64,000 bases of DNA from an uncultured candidate division Zixibacteria bacterium (GCA_963817915.1 CAWFQL010000011.1:96001-160000), one strand, 5' to 3'; counted from the first letter of the stretch, positions 17,759 to 28,471 are shown. Program-made: numbers and translations. The notes: generated from the sequence alone by a model not told the origin.

Positions 17759-20700
17759 ATGAGGATTATTGCTGTAATTTTTTTCCTCTCAATTGCCGCG
17801 ATCGGATTTGCGATGGACGAAAATTATCCGACACTCGGGACAATTGAAAAATCCGGGTATAATGATTTTTCTCCAATATATGTCAATTCCTCCGCGGATT
17901 TACGTGCTCAGAAGATAGCCAATGATTATAACGCGCTATATGCCTCATTTAACCCCCTGGTTCCCGCGCAGATGATGATTGTCGCTCCTCAAAAAAACCG
18001 ATATCCTCAAATTAGGGTCGATAACGAAAATGTCGAGCAAGCCTCCAGGAATATCCTTACTGCCATGAATCTCACTCCAGATAACTGCCAACTTGAATTA
18101 GTCTCCAAGCATTTTGCGATGGGCAAGACTTGGTTTGTCAGATTCTTGAAAGTCTGCAATGGAATTCCTGTCAACGACAATGGCATCGGGCTTTCGATAA
18201 ATCCTGACGGCAAAATTAATTTCGTTTTTGGAAACTTTACCAAAGGGCCGTCGGAAAATATTGCTGTTTGGAATGGATAGCCAATCGGCGATTGCGCGGG
18301 CGCAGGCGGGACTTGAAGGCCAAATTACGAGTTCTCAAATGACCGGCAAATATCTATTTCCGCTATATTTTGAGGGTCGTGTCGAATACCACCCGACGTT
18401 GAAGATATTTGTCGGGACAATTGACCCTCGGGCTGATTGGGAAGTCTTTGTAGATGCTCAAAGCGGCCAGATTTTGCAGCGCAGGAATACTATTTATTAT
18501 GACGCGATTTCCGGCAATAGCACCGGCTCAATCCAGCCATTCACGCCATACGATAATTGGGTGGATCGTCCGTTTTTTGATCAGGATCTATATTTCGATG
18601 GTTACGATCCAATAGCTACCGATATTAACGGAAACTATAATATCGAACTGCCCGGCTCCGATCCTATCGGCGTCAATGTCTTTTTCAATGGGCCATTTAT
18701 TCAAATACTTAACGCCGCCGGTTCAGAATCGTATATACAAGAGATGCTAACTCCGCCGACTACCTTCGATATCTATTGGGACGATAATAACTCAACACCA
18801 CCCGAACGTGATGCCTTTTATGCTGCCGTAACGGTACATAAATATATTACCACTCTTGATCCGGCTTTGGGCGTCATGGATTTCCCAATGGTTTGCAATG
18901 TCAATGTTGCTGGAACTTGCAACGCATTTTGGTCTGGTTGGGAACAGACGATTAATTTCTATCAGGAAGGCGGCGGCTGTCCTAATATCGCCCAGATCGC
19001 CGATGTAGTCTACCATGAGTACGGTCATGGAATCACTGACCTGCAAACAAGGCCAGCCGGTCCCGACGGCGCCATGCACGAAGGTTTTTCCGATTATACC
19101 GCATGCACGATAACAAATCAGAGCCGAGTCGGTCTTGGCTTCACAGGGCCCAATACTTTTCTTAGGGAATTGGATAATAATAACCACTTCCCTGAAGATT
19201 GGAGCGGTGAATCACATAATGATGGTTTGATTATTGGCGGGGCTCTATGGCATACAAGACAGATCCTTTCGCCCCATAATATGGGGTATGTCGATTCCCT
19301 CTGGCATTTCGCCCGTTATGCTCAAGCTCAAAATTTTGAGGATTATTTCTGGGCATTCGTAGCGCTGGATGATAATGATGGAGATCTTTCCAATGGGACT
19401 CCAAACGCTGCCGTGATTTTCAGCACTTTCGGAGATCGCCACGGAATCGGGCCAGGGACCCATATCACTATTACAGCCGATTCGCTTTTCGATTCGGAAG
19501 ATACTTTATCATCGCATATCGTTAGAGCACATATAAATTCCGTATTTGCCCTCCGACCGGATTCGGTTTTTGTCTATTATAATATGGGTACCGGATATAT
19601 GCCTTTAACTATGACTCGCGAAGATACATTCTGGGTTGCCGCAATTCCGCCTCAACACTCCGGAACAAATGTAGATTACTACCTACTTGCTGTTGATCAG
19701 GGCGGTTTTAGAGGCATATCGCCCGCTAACGCTCCTGACAGCCATTATACCTTTTATATAGGGCCGGATAGAATTCCGCCGACATTGGCAGCAGTTGAAG
19801 GTCCGCCTAATACGGTCAATCTTTTCGGACCGTATGGTCCCTTTGTAATTTCCGCATACGATATCAATGGCATTGATCCCAACGGCGTGCGCCTTCATTA
19901 TAGAATTAATTCCGAAAATGAAAATCAAGCCTCGCTTCTTCCCGCCCATTTTGAAAACAGGTTCGTGCTCGAAAGTCTGAACCTGAATCGTCAGTTGGTT
20001 ACAGGTGATATTGTTCATTATTACTATACGGCCCTGGATGGCGCTAATTCGCCCAATACGGGAAGATTGCCCGCGACGGGGGACTTTCAGCTTGTTATGG
20101 TTACGTCGGAAACATTTGAGAATTTCGAGAGATTCGGTATTGATCGATGGAATTCAGGCCCCGAGTGGGCTTTGTACAGCCCCGGTTACAATGGGTCTCA
20201 AAACGCCATCTGGTTCAGCAATCCTCGTTATCCAGATAATGCAGACATTTCTATTTCAATGAATTTTGGTTATGATCTGTCGCCCTATACTCGCGCCCAA
20301 ATATCGTTATTCCATAAGAATCTTATAAGAGCAGGCGACACCTGCTACGTTGAAGCATCAAACAACGGTGGCGCTACCTGGACGAGGATAGCGGGAATCA
20401 GCGGAATCAGCGCTCAATATTCTTCCGGTACATATGATATTGCTTCGATTCTCAGTCCTAATGCTCATGATTATAGAATTAGATTTCGCTTTATTTCCGA
20501 TGCCTCCGATAACTGGGTTGGCATCTTTCTCGATGATATAGGCTGGATTGTGGGGTCAGAGACTGCAATTGATGATTCAGAGACCCCGATTCCTGAAAAA
20601 TTCCAACTGGCTCAAAATTACCCCAACCCATTTAACCCGCAAACTAATATCTCATTTTCATTGCCGTCAAAATCCAATGTGCGGCTGGAAGTATTTGATC

Positions 20701-20873
20701 TGCTTGGCAGGAGAATAAAAGCGCTGGCCGATAAATCATTGGAAGCCGGCTCCTATAATTTCGTTTGGGATGGAAAAGACGAGAGCGATCAGCAGGTATC
20801 ATCGGGGATATATTTCTATCGCCTGACCACCGATTTCGGAGTCAGACAGGAAAAAATGACTCTGCTGAAATAG
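17759..20873 (+). CDS. Secreted M4/M36-like gluzincin metallopeptidase with FTP/PepSY propeptide and FlgD-Ig/T9SS-type C-terminal domain, split by a +1 frameshift near 18265
   Basis: AAGGAG RBS and signal peptide, FTP-like region, PepSY WEVFVDA.SG.IL, NAFW, VVYHEYGH, MHEGFSD, GESH..G.I..GALW, C-terminal QNYPNPFNP...KMTLLK. Confidence 0.85.
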
Positions 20874-20897
20874 CTATTAGAGGTAGTTTTTATAATG

Positions 20898-20932
20898 AAA
20901 ACCGGATAATTATCATTAATTGTCCGGTTTTT
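20898..20932 (+). terminator. Rho-independent terminator
   Basis: AAAACCGGATAAT...ATTGTCCGGTTTTT hairpin 25 nt after the stop codon. Confidence 0.65.
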
Positions 20933-21047
20933 GCTTTATTGCTTTAAGACCACACAATATTGTTCCTGTCCCATATATATCGTCAAATCCCGCCTTCAGG
21001 GGTCTGCCAAGTCATTACTATTTAGCGTTTTAGGTTTATATCCCATA

Positions 21048-21063
21048 CGGCATCAGCTTTGCA
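21048..21063 (+). promoter_or_regulatory. Sigma54 (-24/-12) promoter
   Basis: CGGCATCAGCTTTGCA with exact GG-N10-GC spacing, upstream of a prepilin-like gene. Confidence 0.65.
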
Positions 21064-21096
21064 TCATTTGTAAGCATGTCAATAGCCGGAGGATAC

Positions 21097-21621
21097 ATGA
21101 ATCGCAGAAGTAATCAAAATGGATGGGCGTTGGTCGAGATTATGATCGCCGTAATTTTGATATCCGTGGTCGCTACATCATTTTGGAGCGCGCGAGTTCG
21201 TCAGCAGGTGTCATTATTCAACCCCATCGATGGCTCCGGAAAGTATCAGGAAATCGTATCTGCGCTTGATGACATAAAGGATCAATTTGGACTGGCTGGA
21301 TTCGACCTGAGCATGAAGGTGGACCCGTATGCAATGCGTCAGGGCGATAAATCAGATACATTAATCATCTATCATAATAATGCCTGTTTCCAATATTTCT
21401 TAAATGATCAGGGCCAGCTGATAAAGAATGTTGCCGGTTCATCCAGAGTAATCGCAAAAAACATTTCGTCATTCAAAATATCGAATTCGGGGCCGGAGGA
21501 TATCCAGGTAATGGTATCAACCAGGGAAATCGAAAATTCGCCTTCTGGTGGTTCCATGCCGTTATCCAAGAGTTTTTCAGCCTTAATAAAGATGAAGGAT
21601 TTGCCAGGGAGAATAAACTAA
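21097..21621 (+). CDS. Type IV prepilin-like (minor pilin, PilW-like) protein
   Basis: GGAGG RBS then MNRRSNQNG|WALVEIMIAVILI: basic leader, Gly-1, Glu+5 and a hydrophobic helix. Confidence 0.75.
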   Translation: MNRRSNQNGWALVEIMIAVILISVVATSFWSARVRQQVSLFNPIDGSGKYQEIVSALDDIKDQFGLAGFDLSMKVDPYAMRQGDKSDTLIIYHNNACFQYFLNDQGQLIKNVAGSSRVIAKNISSFKISNSGPEDIQVMVSTREIENSPSGGSMPLSKSFSALIKMKDLPGRIN

Positions 21622-21629
21622 AGAATTTT

Positions 21630-21657
21630 TAATATAATGGGTAGGTATTGCCGATAT
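21630..21657 (+). promoter_or_regulatory. Sigma28 (SigD)-like promoter
   Basis: TAAT-N16-GCCGATAT upstream of the FimT-like gene. Confidence 0.5.
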
Positions 21658-21685
21658 ATCTACTAAATCGCAGAAAGCACAAAAT

Positions 21686-22186
21686 ATGAAAATCCAATTA
21701 AAAATAAAATCCTCAAATGGTCAAACCGGCTTTACTTTACTGGAAATGATGATTGTAGTGGTAGTTATAGGCATATTTGCCGCCATGGCCGGGCCGACAT
21801 TATTCAATTCTATCCCAAAGATGAAGGCCAGATCAGATGCCAGAATCGTCTTGTCGTCAATAAGGCTTGCCCGTTCGAAGGCTGTATCTGAAAATAGCCA
21901 ATATGGAATCTATTTTGATGTTGCCAATAATAAGTACTGGATATTTAAAGATATTCAAAATCCCTCCTTGCTGACCTATGAATCAGGTGATTCATTAGTG
22001 TCGGATACATTGAGAATGGCCAACGATGTCAGTATTACAGGGTCGTCATTCGCCAATAATTGCATCATATTTTTCTCAAATGGCGGGGCATCTGGCACCG
22101 GCAGCATAGGGGTTAATGACTGTTCTGGCAACTCGCCTTACTCGATAAGTGTCCTTGCCTCCACTGGCAAGGCAAGAATGCAATAG
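21686..22186 (+). CDS. GspH/FimT-family minor pilin
   Basis: G|FTLLEMMIVVVVIGIFAAMA.P, I.LARS.AV, I.F.SNG, TGKAR. Confidence 0.88.
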   Translation: MKIQLKIKSSNGQTGFTLLEMMIVVVVIGIFAAMAGPTLFNSIPKMKARSDARIVLSSIRLARSKAVSENSQYGIYFDVANNKYWIFKDIQNPSLLTYESGDSLVSDTLRMANDVSITGSSFANNCIIFFSNGGASGTGSIGVNDCSGNSPYSISVLASTGKARMQ

Positions 22187-22290
22187 TCTGCAGTTTTCCC
22201 CGACAAATAATCAGCCATTATTTTTTTTCATAACCCATGTTAACTTTTTTATTATTAAGACGATATTTAACCTGTAAGCATCAATAATGC

Positions 22291-22319
22291 TTGACACGAG
22301 AGTTTGAAGCGGATACAAT
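22291..22319 (+). promoter_or_regulatory. Sigma70 promoter of pilMNOPQ
   Basis: TTGACA-N17-TACAAT. Confidence 0.7.
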
Positions 22320-22370
22320 ATGAGCGCATGATTTTGCAAACTTTAAATTGTCTAAATAAGAGAGATCATT

Positions 22371-23420
22371 ATGGCTTTTGGCAAAAAATCTAAATTGGCC
22401 GTAGGGCTGGACATCGGAGCAAGCACTATTAAGCTTGTGAAGCTCCAGAGAAAGCCCGGCGGTTACGTTCTAAAGGCCCTTGCGATTAAGGAATTGCCTA
22501 TCGACGCCATTGCCGCGGAAGAAATAAAGGATCGCGATGCCGTAATTTTCGACATCCAAAATCTGATCGATCAGACTGATCCTAAGATTAAGGACGTCGT
22601 AATTTCAATCTCGGGGCATGGCGTTATCACCGACAAAATCATAATGGACAAGAAAACTGGCTCGGAGGCCGAGCAGGCGATACTGTTCGAAGCCGAGCAA
22701 AGGAGTCCATTTGATGTCGAAGATGTTACCCTGGACTACCATGTAATCAAGGTCGACGATGAAACAAACAAGATGGAAGTGCTTCTCGTCGCGGCACGAA
22801 ATGAATTCCTCAAAAATTACCTCGACCTTATTCTCGATGCCGGCTTGAGGCCCGTAGTTGTCGATACCGATGCTTTTGCCATCCTAAATGCTTATGAAAT
22901 GAATTACGAAATCGATCCAAGCAGGGTGACTGCCTTGATAGACGTCGGATTTGATATTACCAGCATTACATTCATAAAGGAAGGTCTTTATCATTCCACA
23001 AGAGATGTATCCAATGGAATAAGGCTGATTTTCGATGCCATCGGCAAAGAATTTAGGCTCAATCAGGAAATGGCGTCAAAGGCATTGAAAGGCGAATTAG
23101 ATAGCTCTATAGATAACGATATGTTCAAAGCGGCGGTTTTCACTTCAGCGGAAGAATTAATCGCCGGTCTTGAAGTCGCTATTTCTTATTTTAAGAGTTC
23201 ATCAGGGGTCAAGCAACTGGATTGGGTGGTTCTCTCAGGCGGAGGAGCGTTGGTTCCTTATTTGCCTGAACTTTTACAGAGCAAACTGCAGATTCCAGTT
23301 GAGATATTTAATCCGCTCAGAAATATCGAGTATGATCCCGACCTATTTATGGAATATCAACCTGAAAAGGTGGCTCCGCTCTTGGCGGTACCCATCGGTT
23401 TGGCGGCCCGGAGGATTTAA
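22371..23420 (+). CDS. pilM: Type IV pilus assembly protein PilM
   Basis: VGLDIGASTIKLV, VLLVAAR, AGL.P.VVD.D.FA..N, LIDVG, LSGGGA, NPL, A...GLA.R (actin-like fold). Confidence 0.95.
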   Translation: MAFGKKSKLAVGLDIGASTIKLVKLQRKPGGYVLKALAIKELPIDAIAAEEIKDRDAVIFDIQNLIDQTDPKIKDVVISISGHGVITDKIIMDKKTGSEAEQAILFEAEQRSPFDVEDVTLDYHVIKVDDETNKMEVLLVAARNEFLKNYLDLILDAGLRPVVVDTDAFAILNAYEMNYEIDPSRVTALIDVGFDITSITFIKEGLYHSTRDVSNGIRLIFDAIGKEFRLNQEMASKALKGELDSSIDNDMFKAAVFTSAEELIAGLEVAISYFKSSSGVKQLDWVVLSGGGALVPYLPELLQSKLQIPVEIFNPLRNIEYDPDLFMEYQPEKVAPLLAVPIGLAARRI

Positions 23421-23422
23421 TT

Positions 23423-24100
23423 ATGATTGAAATTAATCTACTGCCAAAGGAGCTCCAAAAGCGCAAATTCAGCATCAGGCTGGATAGGACAATGGTCTAT
23501 ATCATCGCGGGGTGTTCATTCTTAATAGTATTGCTGGCGGCCTACAGTTATATCTACCAGGCGGGCCAATTGGCGAAAAAAGACCGTGAATATCAGCAAT
23601 TGAAGGCCGAGAGCGATTCTCTGGCTACGGAAATAGCAAAAATTGATGAAATCACCACGAAGAAAAACCAGATACTTGCCAGGATGTCGGCAATTGAGCT
23701 TCTGGATCGCAATCGCGAATACTGGGTCACATTGATGGAAGACCTGGCCAAGAGAGTACCGGAATATGTATGGCTGACATCTTTACAGCAGGCGCCATCG
23801 ATTCCTCAGGCCGCTCCTCCACCGCCCGGTCAACAGGCCGCGGCAGCGCCGCCGCCGCAGGTTAATAAATCGAGTCTTGAGGGGTACTCATTCTCCCTTA
23901 ATGCCCTGGCGACTTTCATGATTAGGCTAAAGAAATCTGATATTTTTAAGGATATCGAAATTTCATCGGTCAAGCTTCAGGAGACTGATAAAGCAAAAGC
24001 GTATGCATTCAAATTAACCTGCAATTTGGTTTCGGATATTATCAGATCGACTGATTCCGAGACTTCGCAGGCGGTAAATAGTCAAAGTAATCAATTCTGA
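23423..24100 (+). CDS. pilN: Type IV pilus assembly protein PilN
   Basis: N-terminal INLLP motif, TM, coiled coil, VP..VWLTS. Confidence 0.93.
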   Translation: MIEINLLPKELQKRKFSIRLDRTMVYIIAGCSFLIVLLAAYSYIYQAGQLAKKDREYQQLKAESDSLATEIAKIDEITTKKNQILARMSAIELLDRNREYWVTLMEDLAKRVPEYVWLTSLQQAPSIPQAAPPPPGQQAAAAPPPQVNKSSLEGYSFSLNALATFMIRLKKSDIFKDIEISSVKLQETDKAKAYAFKLTCNLVSDIIRSTDSETSQAVNSQSNQF

Positions 24101-24154
24101 TTCGTTCATGGAAGAACGATCGGACTCAATTAGAATTCATGGGGGAGGGGATTC

Positions 24155-24742
24155 ATGAATTTAAAAGACCCCAAAAATCAAATAATAGCAGTAATCGTAA
24201 TTGTATTCCTGGCGGTTGTATACCTCTGGTATTCCCAGGTCTTTGCCGTCTATAATGATAAGATAGACAAAAAAGAAGTTGAACGCGGCAAGATGCTGAA
24301 CAATGTCCACCAGGTAAGGCAAAAAGCGGCAACCCTGAATGATCTTCAAAAAGAACTTGAAGACCTTCAGATGAAATACGAGAAAGTCCAGCTTCTTTTG
24401 CCCGAAAGAAAAGAAGATGAATCTTTCCTGACCCAGCTTCACGCCGCAGCTCAATTGACGGGCTCGATTATTCAGGACATCACGCCGCTAGGCACTCAAT
24501 CGGGGGAATTTTATCTTACCAATAGTTATTCTGTCGAGGTTCAATCGACTTTTCATGCACTTGGAAGCTTTTTTGCCAAGGTAGCTAATTTCCCATTCAT
24601 TGTAAATATTTCCGATCTTCAGCTAAAGTCCGCGGCCGCTACTCTCGCCGCGCCCAGTGATACCAAAAAAGACGATGACAAAATCGTTACTGCGACATTC
24701 AAGCTGCTAACTTACAACGTCAAACAGGGTGTGGCAGAATGA
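24155..24742 (+). CDS. pilO: Type IV pilus assembly protein PilO
   Basis: TM, coiled coil, LLP, EFY, FH.LG.FF..VA..P.IVNI; gene position between pilN and pilP. Confidence 0.92.
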   Translation: MNLKDPKNQIIAVIVIVFLAVVYLWYSQVFAVYNDKIDKKEVERGKMLNNVHQVRQKAATLNDLQKELEDLQMKYEKVQLLLPERKEDESFLTQLHAAAQLTGSIIQDITPLGTQSGEFYLTNSYSVEVQSTFHALGSFFAKVANFPFIVNISDLQLKSAAATLAAPSDTKKDDDKIVTATFKLLTYNVKQGVAE

Positions 24743-25813
24743 AAAACATAGCTCAAAATAGATTTTATTTGATTCTGGCAATCTTGATATTATTTGTTGG
24801 TTCGAGCGCGAATGCGATCAAAATCGATCTTAATAATATCGGCATTTCGAAGGTTGGCGACTCGATTGTAGTCTCGATAACCTGCACGAGCCCGGTTGAA
24901 TTCAAGTCGATGCTCACCGAGCAGAAGCCCGAAAGGATTGTCATAGATCTAAAAGGCGTTGTCAATAATTTACCCGAAAAGAATTTCTTACAGTTACCCT
25001 GTAAGTCAATCAATAGAATCAGGACCAGTCAATATCAGGTGGTGCCGGATTCGGTATCAAGAGTTGTGCTGGATGTCGGCAGGCCCATTGATTTTCGATG
25101 CTATAAGCAGGGCAACGATATTATAGTTAAAATTCCCGCGGTTAAGGATGAATTAGAATTTGCCTCTTGGAATGCTCAAGGCGGTTCACAGATGGTATCA
25201 TCCAAGCCTGCTGAAAAGCCGGTTGCAGTTACAAAGGCTCCGGAAACAGTCCCAGTAAAGCCTCCGCCGGTCGTAGCGAGCAATCCTCCAGCTAAGACCG
25301 AGTCTGTCCCGGCCAAGCCGCCCGTACAGGCAGCGGAAAAGAAGCCGGCGACAGCTAGTAGAAACCCCTGCGCCAAAGACTGAAGAAAAAGTTGTGGCAC
25401 AGGCGGAAACCACTCCCAAAGTACAGGAACCGGAAAAGCTGGCTGAAGAAGCCGAGCCGCCCGCCACTGCTGGTGTCAAGCTCGATACTACTCCTGTTCG
25501 CAAAATAGTCGCCTATGAAGTGGGCGATGTTCGCGACCCATTCCTGCCGTTGATTAAATCGGGGGGAAGACAGCCCGGAGAAGGATTGCCGGTAATCGAA
25601 AATCTAAAGCTGGTCGGCATTATGGAAGACGTCGCTGGTAATATGGCTTTATTAGAGGACGCCGAAGGTAATGGATATATTCTTAGAGCCAATGATAAAG
25701 TTCGGAACGGATATGTAGTTACGGTAACGGAAAGCAAGGCCATCTTCCAGGTAACCGAATACGGTTGGACCCGCACGGTGGCTTTGGAATTACAGATTCC
25801 GGAAATAAAGTAA
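24739..25813 (+). CDS. pilP: AMIN domain / Pro-Ala-Lys linker / PilP-like fusion, split by a +1 frameshift near 25350
   Basis: AMIN (PERIVIDL...IR.SQY...SRVVLD) in 24739..25383. The +1 frame continues LVETPAPKTEEKVV into YEVGDVRDPFLPL...LKLVGI...ALLED.EG.GY (PilP). Confidence 0.75.
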
Positions 25814-25826
25814 AGGAGAGGATGAT

Positions 25827-27197
25827 ATGCGCAGAATAAAAATCTATTTGGCGGCGGTCCTGGTGATCGGCTGTCTGCTATTATTTAATTTTGGCGTATT
25901 GATGAGCCAGGAGGGTGAAGAATCCGGCGCGCGTATTTCATCCCCTCGCGTAATTAAGACGCTTTCACTGACCAACGCTGATATTAAATCCGTGTTGATG
26001 TATCTTTCATCATACGGCGGTGTTAATATCGTCGCGTCACCCAATATTGAGGGGACAGTGTCGGTCAGGCTTTCCAATGTCACCTGGAAAGAAGCTCTTG
26101 ATATTATCTTGCAGACATATAATCTCGTAGGTGTCGAATCTGAAAATTATATCAGGGTAGTCAAGGCTCAAGATTATTTCATGGAAAAATCTGCTGAAGA
26201 AAAACATGCTCAAGAGCAGGAAACATTGAAGCCCTTGACAACTCATATAGTCTCGGTAAAATACAATGTTGCCGATGAAATTAAGTCTGCTGTCAAAGGT
26301 TTACTTTCCACTCGCGGGACAGTTGATGTCGACAAGCGAACCAATTCGTTGATTATAAGGGACTTACCGGATAATCTTTCAAGGGTGGATGAACTGATTG
26401 GAGTTCTGGATAAGGAAACTCGACAGGTCAAAATATCAGCCCAGCTATTGGAAGTTGAAAGCGGATTCTTGAGGGAAATCGGTGTCGACTGGAGAGTGGT
26501 AAATAGGAATTTTACCAATGAAACACCGGTCAGCGGAGCGGAATTTCTTGGCGATCCTCTCTTCCCGACAAATCCTGATAGACAGAATTTTTCGACGGAA
26601 GAAGGCCATATTTTTGGCAATAAACAAATGGCTGGCGAAAAGCTCGGTCAGTTTGCTTTCTCCCGCATGGTGGGCGACAAGAGTGTAGGCGCCATACTTT
26701 CGACTATAGAATCATCAAACAAAGGCAAAATCATTGCCCATCCAGAAGTTACCACTTTGGACAATGTCGAAGCCTATATTCAGATGGGTCAGAAGATACC
26801 GATCAAGCAATTCGATCCGTCCGGCAATACGATCATTACTTTTTACGATGTCGGTACCAAGCTCAGAGTCATGCCGCATATTACGTCGGAAAATAGAATA
26901 TTGCTTCACCTTCAACCGGAGAGAAGCTCATATCAATTCGATCCTAATGGCGTGATTATCAATACCCAAAACGCCGAGACCAATGTTGTGGTCGAAAATG
27001 GCGAAACTGCAGTAATCGGCGGCCTGACCAATCAAGAAGTAAATACACTTAAGGTCGGACTTCCATTCTTGAAGGATATACCAATAATTGGATTCCTTTT
27101 TGGGTATGACAAAAAGCAGGTGACTACAAGAGACCTGGTCATATTCGTGACTCCGACAATTGTCGATCGTCCTGTTCAGGCATACAATCAGCAATAA
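25827..27197 (+). CDS. pilQ: Type IV pilus secretin PilQ (short form, no AMIN domains)
   Basis: NADIKSVL...NIV...V.VRL.NV.W..ALD.IL, LS.RG.V.VD.RTNSLI, QVKI.A..EV, P.VTTLDN..A.I..G, L.V.PHIT, G.TAVIGGL, PFLKDIPIIG.LF, LVIFVTP. Confidence 0.93.
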   Translation: MRRIKIYLAAVLVIGCLLLFNFGVLMSQEGEESGARISSPRVIKTLSLTNADIKSVLMYLSSYGGVNIVASPNIEGTVSVRLSNVTWKEALDIILQTYNLVGVESENYIRVVKAQDYFMEKSAEEKHAQEQETLKPLTTHIVSVKYNVADEIKSAVKGLLSTRGTVDVDKRTNSLIIRDLPDNLSRVDELIGVLDKETRQVKISAQLLEVESGFLREIGVDWRVVNRNFTNETPVSGAEFLGDPLFPTNPDRQNFSTEEGHIFGNKQMAGEKLGQFAFSRMVGDKSVGAILSTIESSNKGKIIAHPEVTTLDNVEAYIQMGQKIPIKQFDPSGNTIITFYDVGTKLRVMPHITSENRILLHLQPERSSYQFDPNGVIINTQNAETNVVVENGETAVIGGLTNQEVNTLKVGLPFLKDIPIIGFLFGYDKKQVTTRDLVIFVTPTIVDRPVQAYNQQ

Positions 27198-27219
27198 CAA
27201 ATAAATTCAAGACTACTTA

Positions 27220-27252
27220 GGGCTTCGGTTTGATAAAACCGGAGCCTTTTTT
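27220..27252 (+). terminator. Rho-independent terminator of the pil operon
   Basis: GGCTTCGGTTT-GATA-AAACCGGAGCC followed by T6. Confidence 0.85.
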
Positions 27253-27309
27253 GTTAATTTCTTGATAGATCTGCAAACGGCGAATCTGACCTTCAAAAAA
27301 GCAAATTTA

Positions 27310-27337
27310 TTGACATCAAATAAAATTTTAATATAAT
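27310..27337 (+). promoter_or_regulatory. Sigma70 promoter
   Basis: TTGACA-N16-TATAAT. Confidence 0.65.
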
Positions 27338-27397
27338 CTAATCATTCGCAATCGGAGTTGGATTTGCCTGAAAAAACTTACGATGCTGAGGTAAAAA

Positions 27398-28423
27398 ATG
27401 ACCCGGAAGTTCATGCTTTTGGTAATGGCATTATTCCCCCTAATTATGAGTTGCTCAAAATCGACAAAGCCGACTCCCCCACAGCCTCCGGCTGAACGAG
27501 TTTGGTTAGTCGAGGGTTGGGCTGATTGGTCGCCTGATGGGAGATATATAGCCTATACAAGACCCCCAAGGACTTGGGATGAATATATGCGCTGGGGAAG
27601 CGCCTCTATATGGGTATACGATATGACGACTCAGCATTTCGGCCTTGTTATTTGCCCCGGCGAATTTCCGAGGTGGAGTCCGGATGGGTCTATATTGGCA
27701 TTTATTTGGGGGGGCATAATTTTCTATTATCCTGAAAGTGGAATGGTAAGACATATAACTCCGCCATTAGAAGTCATTGCGGGATTCGATTGGTCGCCCG
27801 ATGGAACAAGACTGCTTTTGGGAAATGGCGATGGTATGATTATCGATACTTCAGGAAACGAGCTAAGGCATTTATTTCCATGGGACGGTTCTAATGGAGG
27901 CTGGCGCGGAGCAGGTGTTGGCGAATGGTCTCGCTTGGGGGGCCACATTTTGATTCCTACGGAAACCACGACAAATATTTCGGGGATTTTGGTGGTCGAT
28001 ACTCTCGGCAATATAATTGATACCGTGACGATGGGGCAGCGATCTCAACAAGGATTTGAATATGCCGCTTGGTCGCCAGATGAATCCAATATTGCCGTGA
28101 ACTATGTTGACGAAGTGGACAACCATGACTACAACGATCTTCGCATTTATACTATTAATGGCGATTTGGGGAGGATTTTGTCTTTGGATGCTGGCATGGC
28201 CGATTGGTCGCCTGATGGCTCCAAAATTGTCTTTCAGAAATACACATTTATGGGTCATACCCCCGCCCCCATGATAGAGCCGGACTACGGACGGACCACA
28301 GTTTGGGTAAGCAATGCCGATGGCAGTGATATGTATGAGCTTCTGGGCTGGCCGCAGACCGGCCATGATTCCACAATGTTTGACGGCGGCTATAATTGGG
28401 CAAATGGCACCCATGCGCCGTAG
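27398..28423 (+). CDS. Lipoprotein with TolB-like PD40 beta-propeller repeats
   Basis: Lipobox LIMS-C and five WSPD(G/E) repeats. Confidence 0.85.
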   Translation: MTRKFMLLVMALFPLIMSCSKSTKPTPPQPPAERVWLVEGWADWSPDGRYIAYTRPPRTWDEYMRWGSASIWVYDMTTQHFGLVICPGEFPRWSPDGSILAFIWGGIIFYYPESGMVRHITPPLEVIAGFDWSPDGTRLLLGNGDGMIIDTSGNELRHLFPWDGSNGGWRGAGVGEWSRLGGHILIPTETTTNISGILVVDTLGNIIDTVTMGQRSQQGFEYAAWSPDESNIAVNYVDEVDNHDYNDLRIYTINGDLGRILSLDAGMADWSPDGSKIVFQKYTFMGHTPAPMIEPDYGRTTVWVSNADGSDMYELLGWPQTGHDSTMFDGGYNWANGTHAP

Positions 28424-28443
28424 CGCTTATGTTAGATGAATTT

Positions 28444-28471
28444 AGGGAGCTCTCATCGGCTCCCTTTTTTT
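28444..28471 (+). terminator. Rho-independent terminator
   Basis: AGGGAGC...GCTCCCT followed by a T-run. Confidence 0.75.

Noticed and set aside
20391..20413. Short tandem repeat GGAATCAGC x2
   Set aside because: It is an in-frame GIS-GIS duplication, too short to indicate phase variation.
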